From: the human T2T-CHM13v2.0 reference genome, Homo sapiens
Direction: 5' to 3' (one strand)
Length of the DNA stretch: 64,000 bases
Assembly: GCF_009914755.1 (NCBI RefSeq)
Contig: NC_060943.1
The position numbers and the translations under genes are program-made. The notes under the pieces were generated by a model. The model searched no databases. It saw nothing but the letters and a program-made list of their open reading frames with translations, and was not told where the DNA came from. Positions 27,007 through 52,070 of the stretch are shown in pieces (within the stretch, counting starts at the first letter, position 1; each line of letters opens with the position of its first letter).

Positions 27007-27584
27007 TTAGCTGGGGGTTGGCAGGGTGCAGTGTCTCACCCCTGTAATCTTAGCATGTTGGGAGGCCAAGGAGGGCTGATCACCTGAGAATTGCTTGAAC
27101 TCAGGAGGCGGAGGTTGCAGCGAGTGTAATGGTGCGAGCTTGGCTCACTGCAACCTCTGCCTCGTTGGTTCAAGCGATTCTCCTGCCTCAGCCTCCCTGA
27201 GTAGCTGGGACTACAGGTGCCCGCCATCACACCCAGCTAATTTTTTTTTGTATTTTTAGTAGAGACAAGGTTTCACCATGTTGGCCAGACTGGTCTTGAA
27301 CTCTTGACCTCAGGTGATCCTCCCGCCTTGGCTTCCTAAAGTGCTGAGATTACAGGCATGAGCCACCATGCCTGGCCTTTTTTCTTTTCTCTATTTTTGA
27401 GATGGAGTCTCACTCTATCGCCAGGCTGGAGTGATCTTGGCTCACTGCAATCTCCAGGGTTCAATTGCCTCCAGGGTTTGAGCAATTCTCCTGCCTCAGC
27501 CTCCTGAGTAGCTGGGATTACAGGCATGCACCACCACACCAGTCTAATTTTTGTGGTTTTTATTTTTATTTATTTATTTTTTGA

Positions 27585-27743
<159 letters not shown>

Positions 27744-27746
27744 TAG

Positions 27747-28245
<499 letters not shown>

Positions 28246-28329
28246 TGATCCGCCTGCCTTGGCCTCCCAAATGCTGGGATTACAGGCGCGAGCCACCGCG
28301 CCCGGCCCCTTCTTCCTATTCTTTCAAAG

Positions 28330-28525
28330 CCACCAGTTGCCCTCCTATGATAACCCATTATCTATTAACCCATGGATCTGTTAACCCAGGAATGGATTAA
28401 TCAGTTCATGAGGGCAGAATTCTCATGACCCAGTCACCCCTTAAAGGCCCCACCTCTGTCAACACGGCCACATCAAGGATTAAGTTTCAACGTGAGTTTT
28501 GGAGGGAACGAACATTGAAACTGTG
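28330..28525 (-). mobile_element. MST/MLT1A-type MaLR LTR fragment
   Basis: 'ctcatgacccagtcaccccttaaaggccccacctc...aagtttcaacgtgagttttggaggg'. Confidence 0.7.
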
Positions 28526-28829
28526 GCACCAGGTGTTATCAGTCTATTAAGAGCTCATGCAAATTGATAAGCACCAAAGGTGCAAAGATCAGAAACAGAC
28601 AATTCCCAGGAGGATAAGCGGGGGGTCTAGGAGCCTAAGAGTGGATGTATTGGGCATCAAGGGAGGGCCTGTTGGCCAGGGTTGGTCACAGCAAGGATCA
28701 TTCCAATGCTGCCGGGACCCCAACACTTGCTTTCTGGCCAGGCGCGGTAGCTCACGCCTGTAATCCCAGCACTTTGGGAGGCCGAGGTGGGTGGGTCACG
28801 AGGTTAGGAAATCAAGACCATCCTGGCTA

Positions 28830-28985
<156 letters not shown>

Positions 28986-30076
28986 TCACAGAGTGAGACT
29001 CCGTCTCAAAAAACAAACAAACAAACAAAAAACACTTGCTTTCCAAAGGGGTGGCTGCCACTTCAATTGGAAAGACCCTTTGGACAATGCACACCCAGCA
29101 TATAAGAGGGTTCATAGGCCAGGCGTGGTGGCTCACACCTGTAATCCCAGCACTTTGGGAGGCTGAGGCAGGAGGAGAATTGCTTCAGTCTGGGAGTTCA
29201 AGACCAGCCGGGGCAACATAGCAAGATCCTGTCTCTATGGATAAAAAAAAAAAAGGTCGGGCCCAGTGGCTCACACCTGTAATCCCAGCACTTTGGGAGG
29301 CTGAGACAGGCAGATCACCTGAGGTTGGGAGTTCAAGCTCAGTAGCTCTCTAAAAATACAGATCACCTGAGGTCAGGAGTTCGAGCTCAGTAGCTCTGTA
29401 AAAATACAGTAATTAGCCGGGCATGGTGGTGCACGCCTGTAATCCTGGCTACTGGAGAGGCTGAGGCATGAGAATCACTTGAACCTGGGAGGCGGAGGTT
29501 GCAGTGAGCCAATTGCGCCATTGCGCTCCAGCCTGGACAACAGAACGAGACTCCATCTCAAAAAAAAAAAAAAAAAAAAAAAGAGGGTTCGTAGTCTGAG
29601 CTTGTGATTATACCACTGAAAATTACCCCAAGCCACTTGTGGAAGGGCTGCCTGCAGAAGGACGTGTCTTAGGCTCTTTAATAAGTTACCTTCTGGTTGG
29701 AAACTACCTAAACGCCCAGCACGCAGGCTGGCCCGGTAAATCACGCACCCATAGGAGTTATGGTCAGGAGGCCTGTGACTCTGTAGAGTGGTAGTGGCTC
29801 CCGGGCCCTGGGCCAAGCGCTGTACTGATGCCCTCAAATCCTCATGGTAACAGCCTGTTCAGTTCTGTTCACCCCATTTTACAGCAAGGGGCTGCTCTGG
29901 GGGCAGGGAGGAGCCCAGCTGGGTGGGAGATCGTGGGTTCATGGTGGCATCTGTGGGTACTCCATCCAATCAAGGGTCTGAGGCTTAAGAAGCTTAAATT
30001 TGGGGGAGATAGGGACATTCTCAATGGTGCAGTTAAAGCAGTGGCTTCAGATTCTGGTGGGAGAGGAAGGAACTGA

Positions 30077-30223
<147 letters not shown>

Positions 30224-30805
30224 TAGCTGGGATTACAGGCATGTGTCAGCACGCCCAGCTAATTTTTGTATTTTTAGTAGAGACAGGGTTTTGCCATGTT
30301 GCCCGGGCTGGTCTTGAACTCTTGGGCAACAGTGATCCGCCCGCCTCAGCCTCCCAAAGTGCTGAGATTACAGGCATGAGCCATCGCCCAGTCTCACTGG
30401 TCTTTCATCTTTGTTCCATCCTCATTCCCATTCAGCACCTGATGTACTTCTCTCTTACTGGGGTGCACCCCAGGGGACGCATGACTGTGCTACAGCCCAC
30501 GGGGTTTCAGCAGGGTGCGCAGAGGACCTCAGGTGGCCCTTGTTACCCACACTCATTCCTTGCCAGGTCTTCCACAGGTCAAGGAGCCAGGATTCTGGGG
30601 TTTGGACACCCCATTCTCTGGCGGATGGGGCTGGCCTGGAGCCTGGGTGGGAGTACCGGGTTTCATACATCGGGGGCTCAGGCTTGGGGAGGGGTCACAT
30701 GGAAGTCACCTGGCTGGCCAGAGCAGTTGCAGCCACAGCAGGTAGAAGGCAGGAGCCAGGACTGGGTGGGCCTGCGTGGGAGGGACGGCCAAACCCTGAA
30801 ACTAG

Positions 30806-31360
<555 letters not shown>

Positions 31361-32342
31361 TGAGACATCAGCAAATGTGAGCCCTGCTCTCCTGGGTCAC
31401 TGCAGGCTCCTTCAGGAAGGAGGCGGGGATCTGTCCCCCTTGGCATCCCCAGTGCCCAGCATGGGGGGCCTGGCACCCATGAGGCAGCCAAGGCTTTCAG
31501 ACCAAATGAACAAGCAGTGAGCCCTGCCTTCGAGGGCCCGTCTTGAGGACACCAGGTGGGTTTATGACATCCCAGTGGACATGAGGCCCCCAGGGACCAG
31601 TTCCTCTCCGGCATTGGCACCAGGGCCCCTGCCCCACTGGATCAGACCTCCCAAGCTTGGGGTCCCTTTTCCAGTAGGCAAGAGAGGCACCCGACTCCTG
31701 CTTCAGCCCAAGGAGAACCTGCCGACTCCAAGGGGTGGCCATTGAGGGGATCAGTGACGTAAGTCCTTCAGAGGCAGCAGGGACAAGGAGCTGTAGGGAA
31801 AACAGGGCAGGCCTGGGGTTGGGGGGTGTGGGGTGCTGACAAGGTGCAGACCCACCACCCCAACCAAGCCCCTCCTCCGCAGATCCATCACCTCTGCCCC
31901 GTGCCCCATGAATGAACCAGCTCATTCCCCGGCCCAGTGACCAGCACAGGCTCCAGACGTTTCCCTCGGACATTGTCTGCCTGACCACCTCTTCCAGCAC
32001 AGTGAGGGGCCTGGGATCTGGAGGCCAGAGTGGGCCAGGCCTAGGGGTGGGGGGAAAAACGTCACTATTCTTAGATCCCTCGTCCTCCAGGGCCCAGGCC
32101 AGGCGGAGCAGTCACATTCCAGAGGTAGAAACCATCAGCCCACACAAATGCTTGTGTTCCCTGAGGAGGCCAAGGGTCACCAGGAACTAAAATCAGCTTT
32201 TCCCAAGAAAGGCGGGAGACAGGGTGGGGGGCGGGGGGCAGGGTTAGAAAGGCCAAAGGTCACCCAATAAACCCTTCCAGCTGCCCCTGGTGGAAAGCCC
32301 CTCTGAGTCCGGAGGGATGAGGACAGAGGGATTCTCGCCCTC

Positions 32343-32525
32343 TAAGCTACTCTGCGGGCTGGCTGATTCTTCCTGGTAGGGGGCGGTCCTGTGCAGTCTA
32401 GATTATTTAGCAGCTCTCTGGCAGCCCACCGCCCCCCCAGCCTCCCAGTGGTGACAGCCAAATCTCTCTCCAGGCACGGGCCAGGTGTCCCCTGGGGAAA
32501 AATCGACCCCAGATGAGAACTGTAC
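32343..32525 (-). mobile_element. MER20 fragment
   Basis: 'gattcttcctggtagggggcggtcctgtgca...cccagtggtgacagccaaat...tgtcccctggggaaaaatc...gagaac'. Confidence 0.65.
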
Positions 32526-32734
32526 TTTCCCAAACAGAGCTTCCAGGTGGCGTCTGGGGTAGATATTTAGGATCCTGCTGTTCTATGGACTCTGTTCTCT
32601 CAGCCTGGAATCCTCTTCCCGCATAGCACAATCCCCCACCAGCCCTGCAATCTTCCAGAACTAAACCCACACATCACCTCCCTCAGGAAGTGTCCTGTGG
32701 GCCCCCCATCTTATGATTTTGGCCCCCACGGATG

Positions 32735-34080
<1,346 letters not shown>

Positions 34081-34284
34081 CAGCCTCTTCTCTGCAGCCC
34101 CGAGTCAGCCCTGGAGAGCTGCCGGGCAGTCGGCCTGGCATTTGCCTTTCCTGGCATGAGCTTTGTAACCCGGCAGAGCTGCTGGCCGTGGCAAGCATCT
34201 CCTAGGAGATGGGAGAACTCAATGGAAAAAGGTTTCAGAGTCAGGGCTTGGGTGGACCACATTCCTTCAAGCTTTATACCATAG

Positions 34285-34655
<371 letters not shown>

Positions 34656-35343
34656 TAATTGTTTTAAAAGGCCAGGCTGGTGGCTCATATCTGGAATCCC
34701 AGCACTTTGGGAGGCTGTGGTAGGAAGATCACTTGAGCCCAGGAGCCCGGGATTCCCAGGCTGTAGTGAGCTATGATCGGGCCACTGCACTCCAGTCTGG
34801 ACGACAGAGCCTACCCCCATCCCTGCCCCCCGAAAAAGTTATTCCTATAAAGACCCAAGGGCCCAATCTTTGTTTCATGGTACCTTTGTTCTTTATTTCT
34901 TACTACTTATTCATTTTTAAATATTCTGAATAGTCAAAGTCAAGATGTAGCTGACTTTGAAATGCTTCCCTGCCAGGTGCAATGACTCACACCTGTAATC
35001 CCAGCATTTTGGGAGGCTGAGGCAGGAGAATTGCTTTAGCTCAGGAGTTCAAGACCAGCCTGGGCAACATAGCGAGATCCCTGTCTCTACAAAAAAATGA
35101 CAAAGTTAGCTGGGCATGATGGTGCACACCTGTAATCCCAGCTACTTGGGAGGTTGAAGTGAGAGGGATCACTGGACCCCAGGAGTTTGAGACTGCAGTG
35201 AGCCATGATCACACCACTGCACTCCACCCTGGGTAACAGAGTGAGACCCTGTCTCAATCAATCAATGAATCAACATTTTAAATATGAAACATTTTCCACA
35301 TTCTTCAACATGTCCTAGGGCAGTCCTTGTTCCCTTTCCCTAG

Positions 35344-35702
<359 letters not shown>

Positions 35703-35796
35703 TGAGCCACTGAGCCCGGCCGGGAAAATGTGTTTTAAGTTTCAGTTAGGCCAGGTGCAGTGGCTCACGCCTGTAATCCCAGCATGTTGGGAGGCC

Positions 35797-39185
<3,389 letters not shown>

Positions 39186-40299
39186 TCAAAAAAACAAACA
39201 AAAGAAAGGAAATTCACAGTCAAATGGACACCTACCCTATGCAGCACCCTTAACCCTTTCAGTAGCAGCTAAAATAGGAAGATCAGGCTGTGTTGCCTTG
39301 GCGTCCCCTGGCCTCCGCTATCAGCCCGGGGGTCCACCATGCCTCTTCCTGATGCCAGAGATAAGGAGGGCTGGGGGCACCACCTTGAACAAACAGCCTC
39401 ATGTCAGAGGTGATGGAAAGAAGGCTGTGATACAGACACTCATGGGGCCGTGTTTCTGCAGCTGAAAGAGTGAGAGCTGTAAGGAGCGGGGGCTAAGGCT
39501 GTTCAGCTTAAATTGGGAGCCAGTGCAGGGGTTTAGGACCAGGAGGCGAGAGAGGGGACAATGAGGCAGGATGGGATGGGGGAGCTGGATTTCTTTGGCA
39601 TGGGGGAAACTTGAGAGCAATCCTGGCATTTATCCATCTGTTGCCAGAGGGAGCAGCTGTGGAACCAGGGAAGGGAAAACAACAGGTGGTCATGGAAGAG
39701 AGAGGGTGATGTATGAATCGTGGTTTTAATTTTCTGTGCTTATGATACTTTAGATCTAGGGCTTTGAAGACCAGGAGAGGGACGGACGGTCCCTTCTGGG
39801 GCTGGCCAGTTCCTAGAGATAGAAACACTTCCCTCCAAGTGTGCCTTTTCTATTCTGTTCTGTTCTGTTCCCTTTCCTTTTCTTTTCTTTTCCTTATCCT
39901 TTTCTTTTCTTTTCCTTTTCCTTCCTTCCTTTCCTTTATTTCCTCCTTCCTTCCTTCCTTCCCTCCCTCCCTTCCTCCCTCCTTCCTTCCTTTCTTCCTT
40001 CTTCTTGGCTTTCTTTCTTCTTTCTTTCTTTTTTTGGCTCTGTCACCCAGTCGCCCAAGCTGGAGTGCAGTGGTGCCATCTCAGCTCACTGCAACCTCTA
40101 CCTCCCGGGTTCAACAATTCTCCTGCCTCAGCCTCCCAAGTAGCTGGGACAACAGGCGCACACCACCACACCTGGCTAATTTTTGTATATTTTTTAGCAC
40201 AGATGGGGTTTCACCATATAGGCCAGGCTGCTCTCAAACTCCTGACCTCAAGTGATCTGCTTGCCTCAGCCTCCAAAAGTGCTGGGATTACAGGCGTGA

Positions 40300-40668
<369 letters not shown>

Positions 40669-40782
40669 TGAACTCCTAGGCTCAGGTGATCCTCCTACTT
40701 CAACCTCCCAAGTAGCTGGGATCACAGATGTGTGCCACCACACCTGGCTAATTTTTAAATTTTTTGTAGAGACAAAGTCTCA

Positions 40783-41103
<321 letters not shown>

Positions 41104-41249
41104 CTATATGTTAAAGATGGCAGAGCCAGAAGACGGAAGGGACCTGTGTTCTGGAAACAGCCCTCAGAGAAGCCCTACCTGCCAATCAGGAACATTCATC
41201 ATGGACTTTACATGACTGTGGTGGATGGTATCACTTGTTCACAATTGCC

Positions 41250-41920
41250 TTTGTTTAAATGTATGTGTCCCTCCAAAATTCATACATTGGAACTAAAAAC
41301 CCAAGGTGTTAGTATTAGAAGGTACAGCCTTTGGAACATGATTAGGTCATGAGAACTCTGCCCTCATGAATGGGATTAATCCCATTAGAAAAGGCTGGGT
41401 GAGGTGGCTCATGCCTGAAATCCCAGCACTTTGGGAGGCTGAGGAGGGAAGGATTGCTTGAAGCCAGAAGTCTGAGAGCAGCCTGGGAAACACAGCAAGT
41501 CCCCATCTTTGCAAAAAACAAAAAAGTTAGCTGGGTGTGGTGGCATGCTCCTGTAGTCCTAGCTCCTTGGGAGGCTGAGACTTGATGATTGCATGAGCCC
41601 AGGAGTCAAGGTTACATTGAACTATGATCACACCCCTGCACTCCAGCCTGGGCAACATAGCAAGACCCTGTCTCTAAAAAAAACAAGAGAGAGGGGTTGA
41701 AGGGGAGCAGGTAGGTCCTTTTTACCTTTCTGCTGTGTGAGGGTGCAGCAAGAAGGCTCCACCTTGGGAGGAGAGAATGAGCCCTCACCCAGGTACTGAA
41801 TCCTCCAGTAACTCCATCTTGGACTTCCCAGCCTCTAGAACTGTAAGCAATAAACTTCTATTATTGACAGATTACCTGGCCTCAGGCATTTTGTTATATC
41901 AGCACAAAGAGACTAAGACA
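41250..41920 (+). mobile_element. MST (ERVL-MaLR) LTR with Alu insertion, within an MLT1 remnant
   Basis: 'gtgtccctccaaaattcat...gccctcatgaatgggatta...atcttggacttcccagcctctagaactgtaagcaataaa...gactaagaca'. Confidence 0.8.
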
Positions 41921-42433
41921 ACACATCTTCCTCTCTTCCTCCCCTGATCACTGCTCCCTGTGGGTGGGGTGCACTCCCCATTCTCCAGCTTAGGGTGTGG
42001 CCATATGACTTGTTTTGGCCAATGGGACCTGCATGGAAGTGACCCTCATCAGATCGGAGACAAAGGCTGAGGAAGCATCACGTGGTCCCACCACTCTGCT
42101 TGCATGTCACCTTGCCATGAAACAAATATGGGCCCTGATGGATCACCTGAGGTCAGGAGTTCGAGACCAGCCTGCTTACCATGGCAAAACTCTGTCTCTA
42201 CTAAAAATACAAAAAAATTAGCTGGGCACGGTGGCGGATGCCTGTAATCCCAGCTACTTGGGGGGCTGGGAAAGAATGAAACTCCATCTCAAAAACAAAA
42301 AAACAAATATGGGCCCTGAAGCCTCTGAATGAAAAGTCACATGAAACAGATGCAAATCCAACTCACAGCCTGGAGCAAGTTCCAGTGGGGCTACAGGTGA
42401 CCCCCAGACCCACAAAGGGAAAATCATTGCTAT

Positions 42434-42468
<35 letters not shown>

Positions 42469-42939
42469 TTTTTTGAGACAGACTCTGCTCTGTTGCCCAG
42501 GCTGGAGTACAGTAGCATGATCTCAGCTCACTGCAAGCTCTGCCTCCGGGTTCAAGCGATTATCCTGCCTTAGCCTCCTGAGTAGCTGGGACTACAGGTA
42601 TGCACCACCACGGCCCAGCTAATTTTTGTATTTTTAGTAGAGATGGGGTTTCACCATGTTGGCCAGGCTGGTCTCAAACTCCTCACCTCAGGTGATCTGC
42701 CCACCTCGGCCTCCCAAAGTGCTGTAATCCACCATGGCCAGGCTTATTTTATTTTTTTAAAACAAAGCCAAACAAAACAAAAAAAACACTTGGGGCCAGG
42801 TATGGTGGCTCATGTCTATACTCCCAGCATTTTGGGAGGCCAAGGCGGATGGATTACTTGAGGTCAGGAAAAATGTCTCTCCTAAAAATACAAAAATTAG
42901 CCAGGTGTGGTGGTGGGCGCCTGTAATCCCAGCTACTCA

Positions 42940-43098
<159 letters not shown>

Positions 43099-43452
43099 TC
43101 ATGTGTAGAATGGGAATAAGTATATTGTTTACCTTAATGTGTCACTGTAAGCATCTATTGCAACAATGCACATGAAATTAGCCCAGAACAAGGGAGGCAC
43201 ACAAGTAAGTGTGGGGTGTAGGGGGAAGTGGGAAAGCTGGGGGAAAGGGGGGCCTGACAAGAGTTTTTTTTAAATTTTATTTTTATTTTTATTTTATTTT
43301 TTTGAGACAGAATTTTTCTCTTGTCACCCAGATTGGAGTGCAATGGCACAATCTTGGCTCACTGCAACCTCCGCCTCCTGGGTTCAAGTGATTCTTCTGC
43401 CTCAGCCTCCTGAGTAGCTGGGATTACAGGCACAAACCACCATGCATGCTAA

Positions 43453-43641
<189 letters not shown>

Positions 43642-45126
43642 TAGCTGGGATTACAGGCACGTACCACCACGCCCATCTAATTTTTGTATTTTTTGTAGAG
43701 ACGGGGTTTCACCATGTTGATCAGGCTGGTCTCAAACTCCTGACCTCATGATCTACCCACCTCGGCCTCCCAAAGTGCTGGGATTACAGGTATGAGCCAC
43801 TGTGCCTGGCCTGGGTTTCGCTTTTTTTTTTTTTTTTTGTATTTTTAGTAGAGATGGGGTTTCGCTATATTGGCCAGGGTGGTCTCGAACTCCTGACCTC
43901 AAGTGATCCACCCGCCTCGGTCTCCCAAAGTTCTGGGATTACAGGCATAAGCCACTGCACCCAGCCAGGACTGAGAAGAGTTTATAGGCCTGTGAAGGGC
44001 TGGACAAGCTGAGAGCTCCCTTGGGCACTTGGGGGCCTGCAGCAAGGAGGCTTGGTCCACTCTCAAGTCTGAGGTGCTTGCTCAGCCTCTATTGGTGGGG
44101 AAGGGGAACATCACAGGCAAAGGGATGACTGAAGTACATCCCTTCCATGAGGTTTGATGGCCTTGAAGTGGAGGCACGTACACAATAAGATTTCAGGGGC
44201 AGACAGAGATGAATAGGGCAGTCCCGGCCAGGCAGGTGACTCACGCCTATAATCCCAGCACTCTGGGAGGCCGAGGCGGGTGGATCACATGGTCAGGACT
44301 TGAGACCAGCATGGCCAAGATAGTGAAACCCCATCTCTACTAAAAATACAAAAATTAGCCAGGTGTGGTGGCAGGCACCTGTAATCCCAGCTGCTCGGGA
44401 GGCTGAGGCAGAAAACTGCTTGAACCCGGGAGGTGGAGGTTGCAGTGAGTTGAGATCATGCCACTGCACTCCAGCCTGGTCAAAAGAGTGAGACTCCGTC
44501 TCAAAAAAAAAAAAAAAAAGAAAGAATAGGGCGGTCCCAACATGTGGCCCAGGGTGACAGGGTGTCAGAGCTCGAAGCTGAATACATAATCCCAGCCATG
44601 CTGGCTGCCTGGAGATGGGCAGAGGGAGGGCTTGCCAGGCAGAGTGCGCTGCTAGGGCAAAGGCTCAGCAGGAGACAAGCGGAGGTGGGAGCCCTGGGGG
44701 AACAGCAGGTGCCGTGAGAGAAGAGGCAGGAAAGAGGAACCGTGGTGACCCAATCTTCCTCCCCAGCCTCCTCTCCAGCACCTCGCCCCCAGGACTGAGT
44801 GGGCAACTGGCAGATCTGAATCCACGTGCTTAGAACAACCAGGAGAGGCCAGAGAAGGTGGCTCATGCTAGTAATCCCAGCACTGTGGGAGGCTAAAGTG
44901 GGCAGATGGTCTGAGCCCAGGAGTTGGAGGCTCCAGCAAGCTGTGATAACACCAGCACTCCAGCCTGGGCGATAGAGTGAGACCCTGTCTCTAAAAACAA
45001 AAAATTGGCCAGGCCACGGTGGCTCACGCCTGTAATCCCAGCACTTTGGGAGGCCGAGGCGGGCGGATCACAAGGTCAGGAGATCGAGACCATCCTGGCT
45101 AACACGGTGAAACCCCGTCTCTACTA

Positions 45127-45388
<262 letters not shown>

Positions 45389-45500
45389 TCACTTGAGGTC
45401 AGGAGTTTCAGACCAGCCTGGCCAACATGGTGAAACCCCATCTCTACTAAAAATGCAAAAATTAGCCAGGTGTGGTGGTGCGCACCTGTAATCCCAGCTA

Positions 45501-45684
<184 letters not shown>

Positions 45685-45710
45685 TCAGGAGATCGAGACC
45701 ATCCTGGCTA

Positions 45711-46121
<411 letters not shown>

Positions 46122-46405
46122 TCAGATCGCCCTCGTCATTCCAGAAAGAGAGACCTAATTCTAGGATCTGCCCACCTTCACCCAGTGGGTCCAGCATGCC
46201 ACTTTCTTTTTTTATTTTTAATTAATTATTTTTTGAGACTGAGTCTCGCTCTGTCACCCAGCCTGCAGTGCAGCACGCAGCGCAATCTTGGCTCACTGCA
46301 ACCTCCACCTCCCGGGTTCAAGTGATTCTCCTGCCTCAGCCTCCCGAGTAGCTAGGATTACAGGCACCCGTCACCATGCCTGGTTAATTTTTGTATTTTT
46401 GGTAG

Positions 46406-46603
<198 letters not shown>

Positions 46604-46802
46604 TGAACTCCTAAGCTCGAGCAGTCCTCTTGCCTCAGCCTCCCGAATAGCTGTGACAACAGGTCCACACTACCATGCCCTACCATGCCTGGGCTGTTGA
46701 ATCTCCCTGCCCTCACCTCACCCTCTGCGGCATCTTCCAGATGACCTTGGCAGAGCTCAGATGCAGACCTGACCACAACCCTCCCCTGACTAAATACATC
46801 TA

Positions 46803-47145
<343 letters not shown>

Positions 47146-47421
47146 TCACCCTTCTGGGCTTGGCACGTGAGGCTCCAAATAGCTTCTCCCTGCCTACCTC
47201 ATCTTCCGCTATCCACCCCCGCACCTCCTGCCCCAGATACTCTGCACTTGGCAGTTCCCTCTAGCGTCCTGCCCTGCTGGTCTCTGACTAACACGAGGTT
47301 GTCCTTCAGGTCACCATTCAGCTGCAGGTCCCCCTGGAGACAGGTGGGATGCCCTTCACATCCCCACAGCCTGATGCAGATGTTCCTCCAGGAATGTCTG
47401 ATCAGGAGACATGGCAGCCTA

Positions 47422-47547
<126 letters not shown>

Positions 47548-47695
47548 TTACAAAATTAGTCGGGCATGATGGCATGTGCCTGTAGTCCCAGCTACTTGTG
47601 GGGCTGAGGCAGGGGGATCGCTTGAATCCAGAGGTCAAGACTACAGAGAGCTGTGATCATACCACCGCACTCCAGCCTGGGCAACAGGAACATTA

Positions 47696-48151
<456 letters not shown>

Positions 48152-48356
48152 TTACTTACTTAATTAATTTGTTTAGAGACAAGCGACTTAGTCAAGTTAC
48201 TTGGTCAAGCAATGTAACCTCTCTCAGCCTCGGTTGATTGTTCTTTCCCTATAAAGTAGGAATGAATTTTAACCTAATAAGGTTCTTGTTACCTCAAGCC
48301 ACTCTCTTTAAAGGCATCCACTAGCTGGGCGTGGTGGTACATGCCTGTAATACTTA

Positions 48357-48566
<210 letters not shown>

Positions 48567-49022
48567 TTAAATTTTTTTTAAATTAAAATTTGTTTTTCCT
48601 TGTCAGCAGAAAGTCACATCTGAATGTCTTGCTTCATTACTTGCTGCTTCTCTTGTCTGCAATGCTACTAGGCACTGAGCACGTGGGACTGACTCCTTCA
48701 CTGCTTGTCCCCAGCACCCAGCTCAGTGCTGGGCACATAGAGGGTGCTCAATAAGTGTTTATTGAATGAATAACAAATGGTCCCACATAGATGTTCCATG
48801 AGGCATCTGTGACATCAACATCATCATTTTTTTTTTTTTTTGAGATGAGTTCTTACTCTGTTGCCCAGGCTGGAAGGCAGTGGTGCAATCATAGCTCACT
48901 GCAGCCTTGAACTCCTGGGATCAAGCAATCCTCCTGCCCCAGTCTCCTGAGTAACTGGGACTATAGATGCCGGTCACTTTGCCTGGCTATTTAAAAAAAA
49001 AATTTTTTTTTTTTTTTTGTAG

Positions 49023-49265
<243 letters not shown>

Positions 49266-49701
49266 TAGAGCTCAGCACGTTCAAAGAGGGACTCAGGACC
49301 CTATGGGACCCTCTCCCCAAGGCCTGCCACCCTCTCTCTCCATGCAACCCCTCCTCTAGCCCAAGGCAGCAGGGCCAGGATCAGGCAGTCACTCTTCCCA
49401 GCTGTCTGGCCCCCGCACATCCTGCAGGGGCAGGACAAGTACAAGGATGAAAGCCAAGGTCATGAGCTCGGTAATACCAGTAGTCTGAATCCCTCTGGAG
49501 AACCACGGCCCCTGCCCAGGCCACTGCTACAGCTGTCCCCTGGAAGACAGAGGCCTCAGGTTAGCCTGGGGTGGGGATCCCCTCAGAACTGACTTTCCAG
49601 GAGCCAGCAGAGCCAGCTACATCAGGGACTTAGGGTTCAGGTTAGAGTTAACCAAATTCTCGAACATCAGGCCAAGGGCTTGCAAGACATCCTGGAAAAA
49701 C

Positions 49702-49926
49702 CCTTCTTCCTTCCTCCTCCTTCTCCTCCTCCTCCCCATCCTCCTCCTCCCCCTCCTCCTCCTTCTCTTCCCACTCCTCCTTCTCCTCACCCCCTTCTCC
49801 TCCCCCTCCTCCTTCTCCTCCCCCTCCTCCTTCTCCCCCTCCTCCTCTTCCCCCTCCTCCTTCTCCTCCCCATCCTCCTTCTCCTCCTCCTTCTCCTCCT
49901 CCTTCTCCTCCTCCTTCTCCTCCTCC

Positions 49927-49958
<32 letters not shown>

Positions 49959-49983
49959 CTCCTCCTCCTCCTTCTCCTCCTCC
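49702..49983. repeat. ~280 bp homopyrimidine/homopurine (CCT/CTT)n tract
   Basis: Almost pure C/T on plus; produces spurious poly-E, poly-G and poly-R ORFs. Confidence 0.95.
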
Positions 49984-49984
49984 G

Positions 49985-49997
49985 GTTGCTGGGCAAC
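49985..49997. promoter_or_regulatory. RFX X-box-like palindrome GTTGCTGGGCAAC
   Basis: Near match to GTNRCC-N0-3-RGYAAC (GTTGCT-G-GGCAAC); extends to GGTTGC-TGG-GCAACC. Confidence 0.45.
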
Positions 49998-50031
49998 CAC
50001 TATGCATCTGGACCAAAGCAAGAGGCAGCTG

Positions 50032-51680
<1,649 letters not shown>

Positions 51681-51682
51681 TA

Positions 51683-52070
<388 letters not shown>

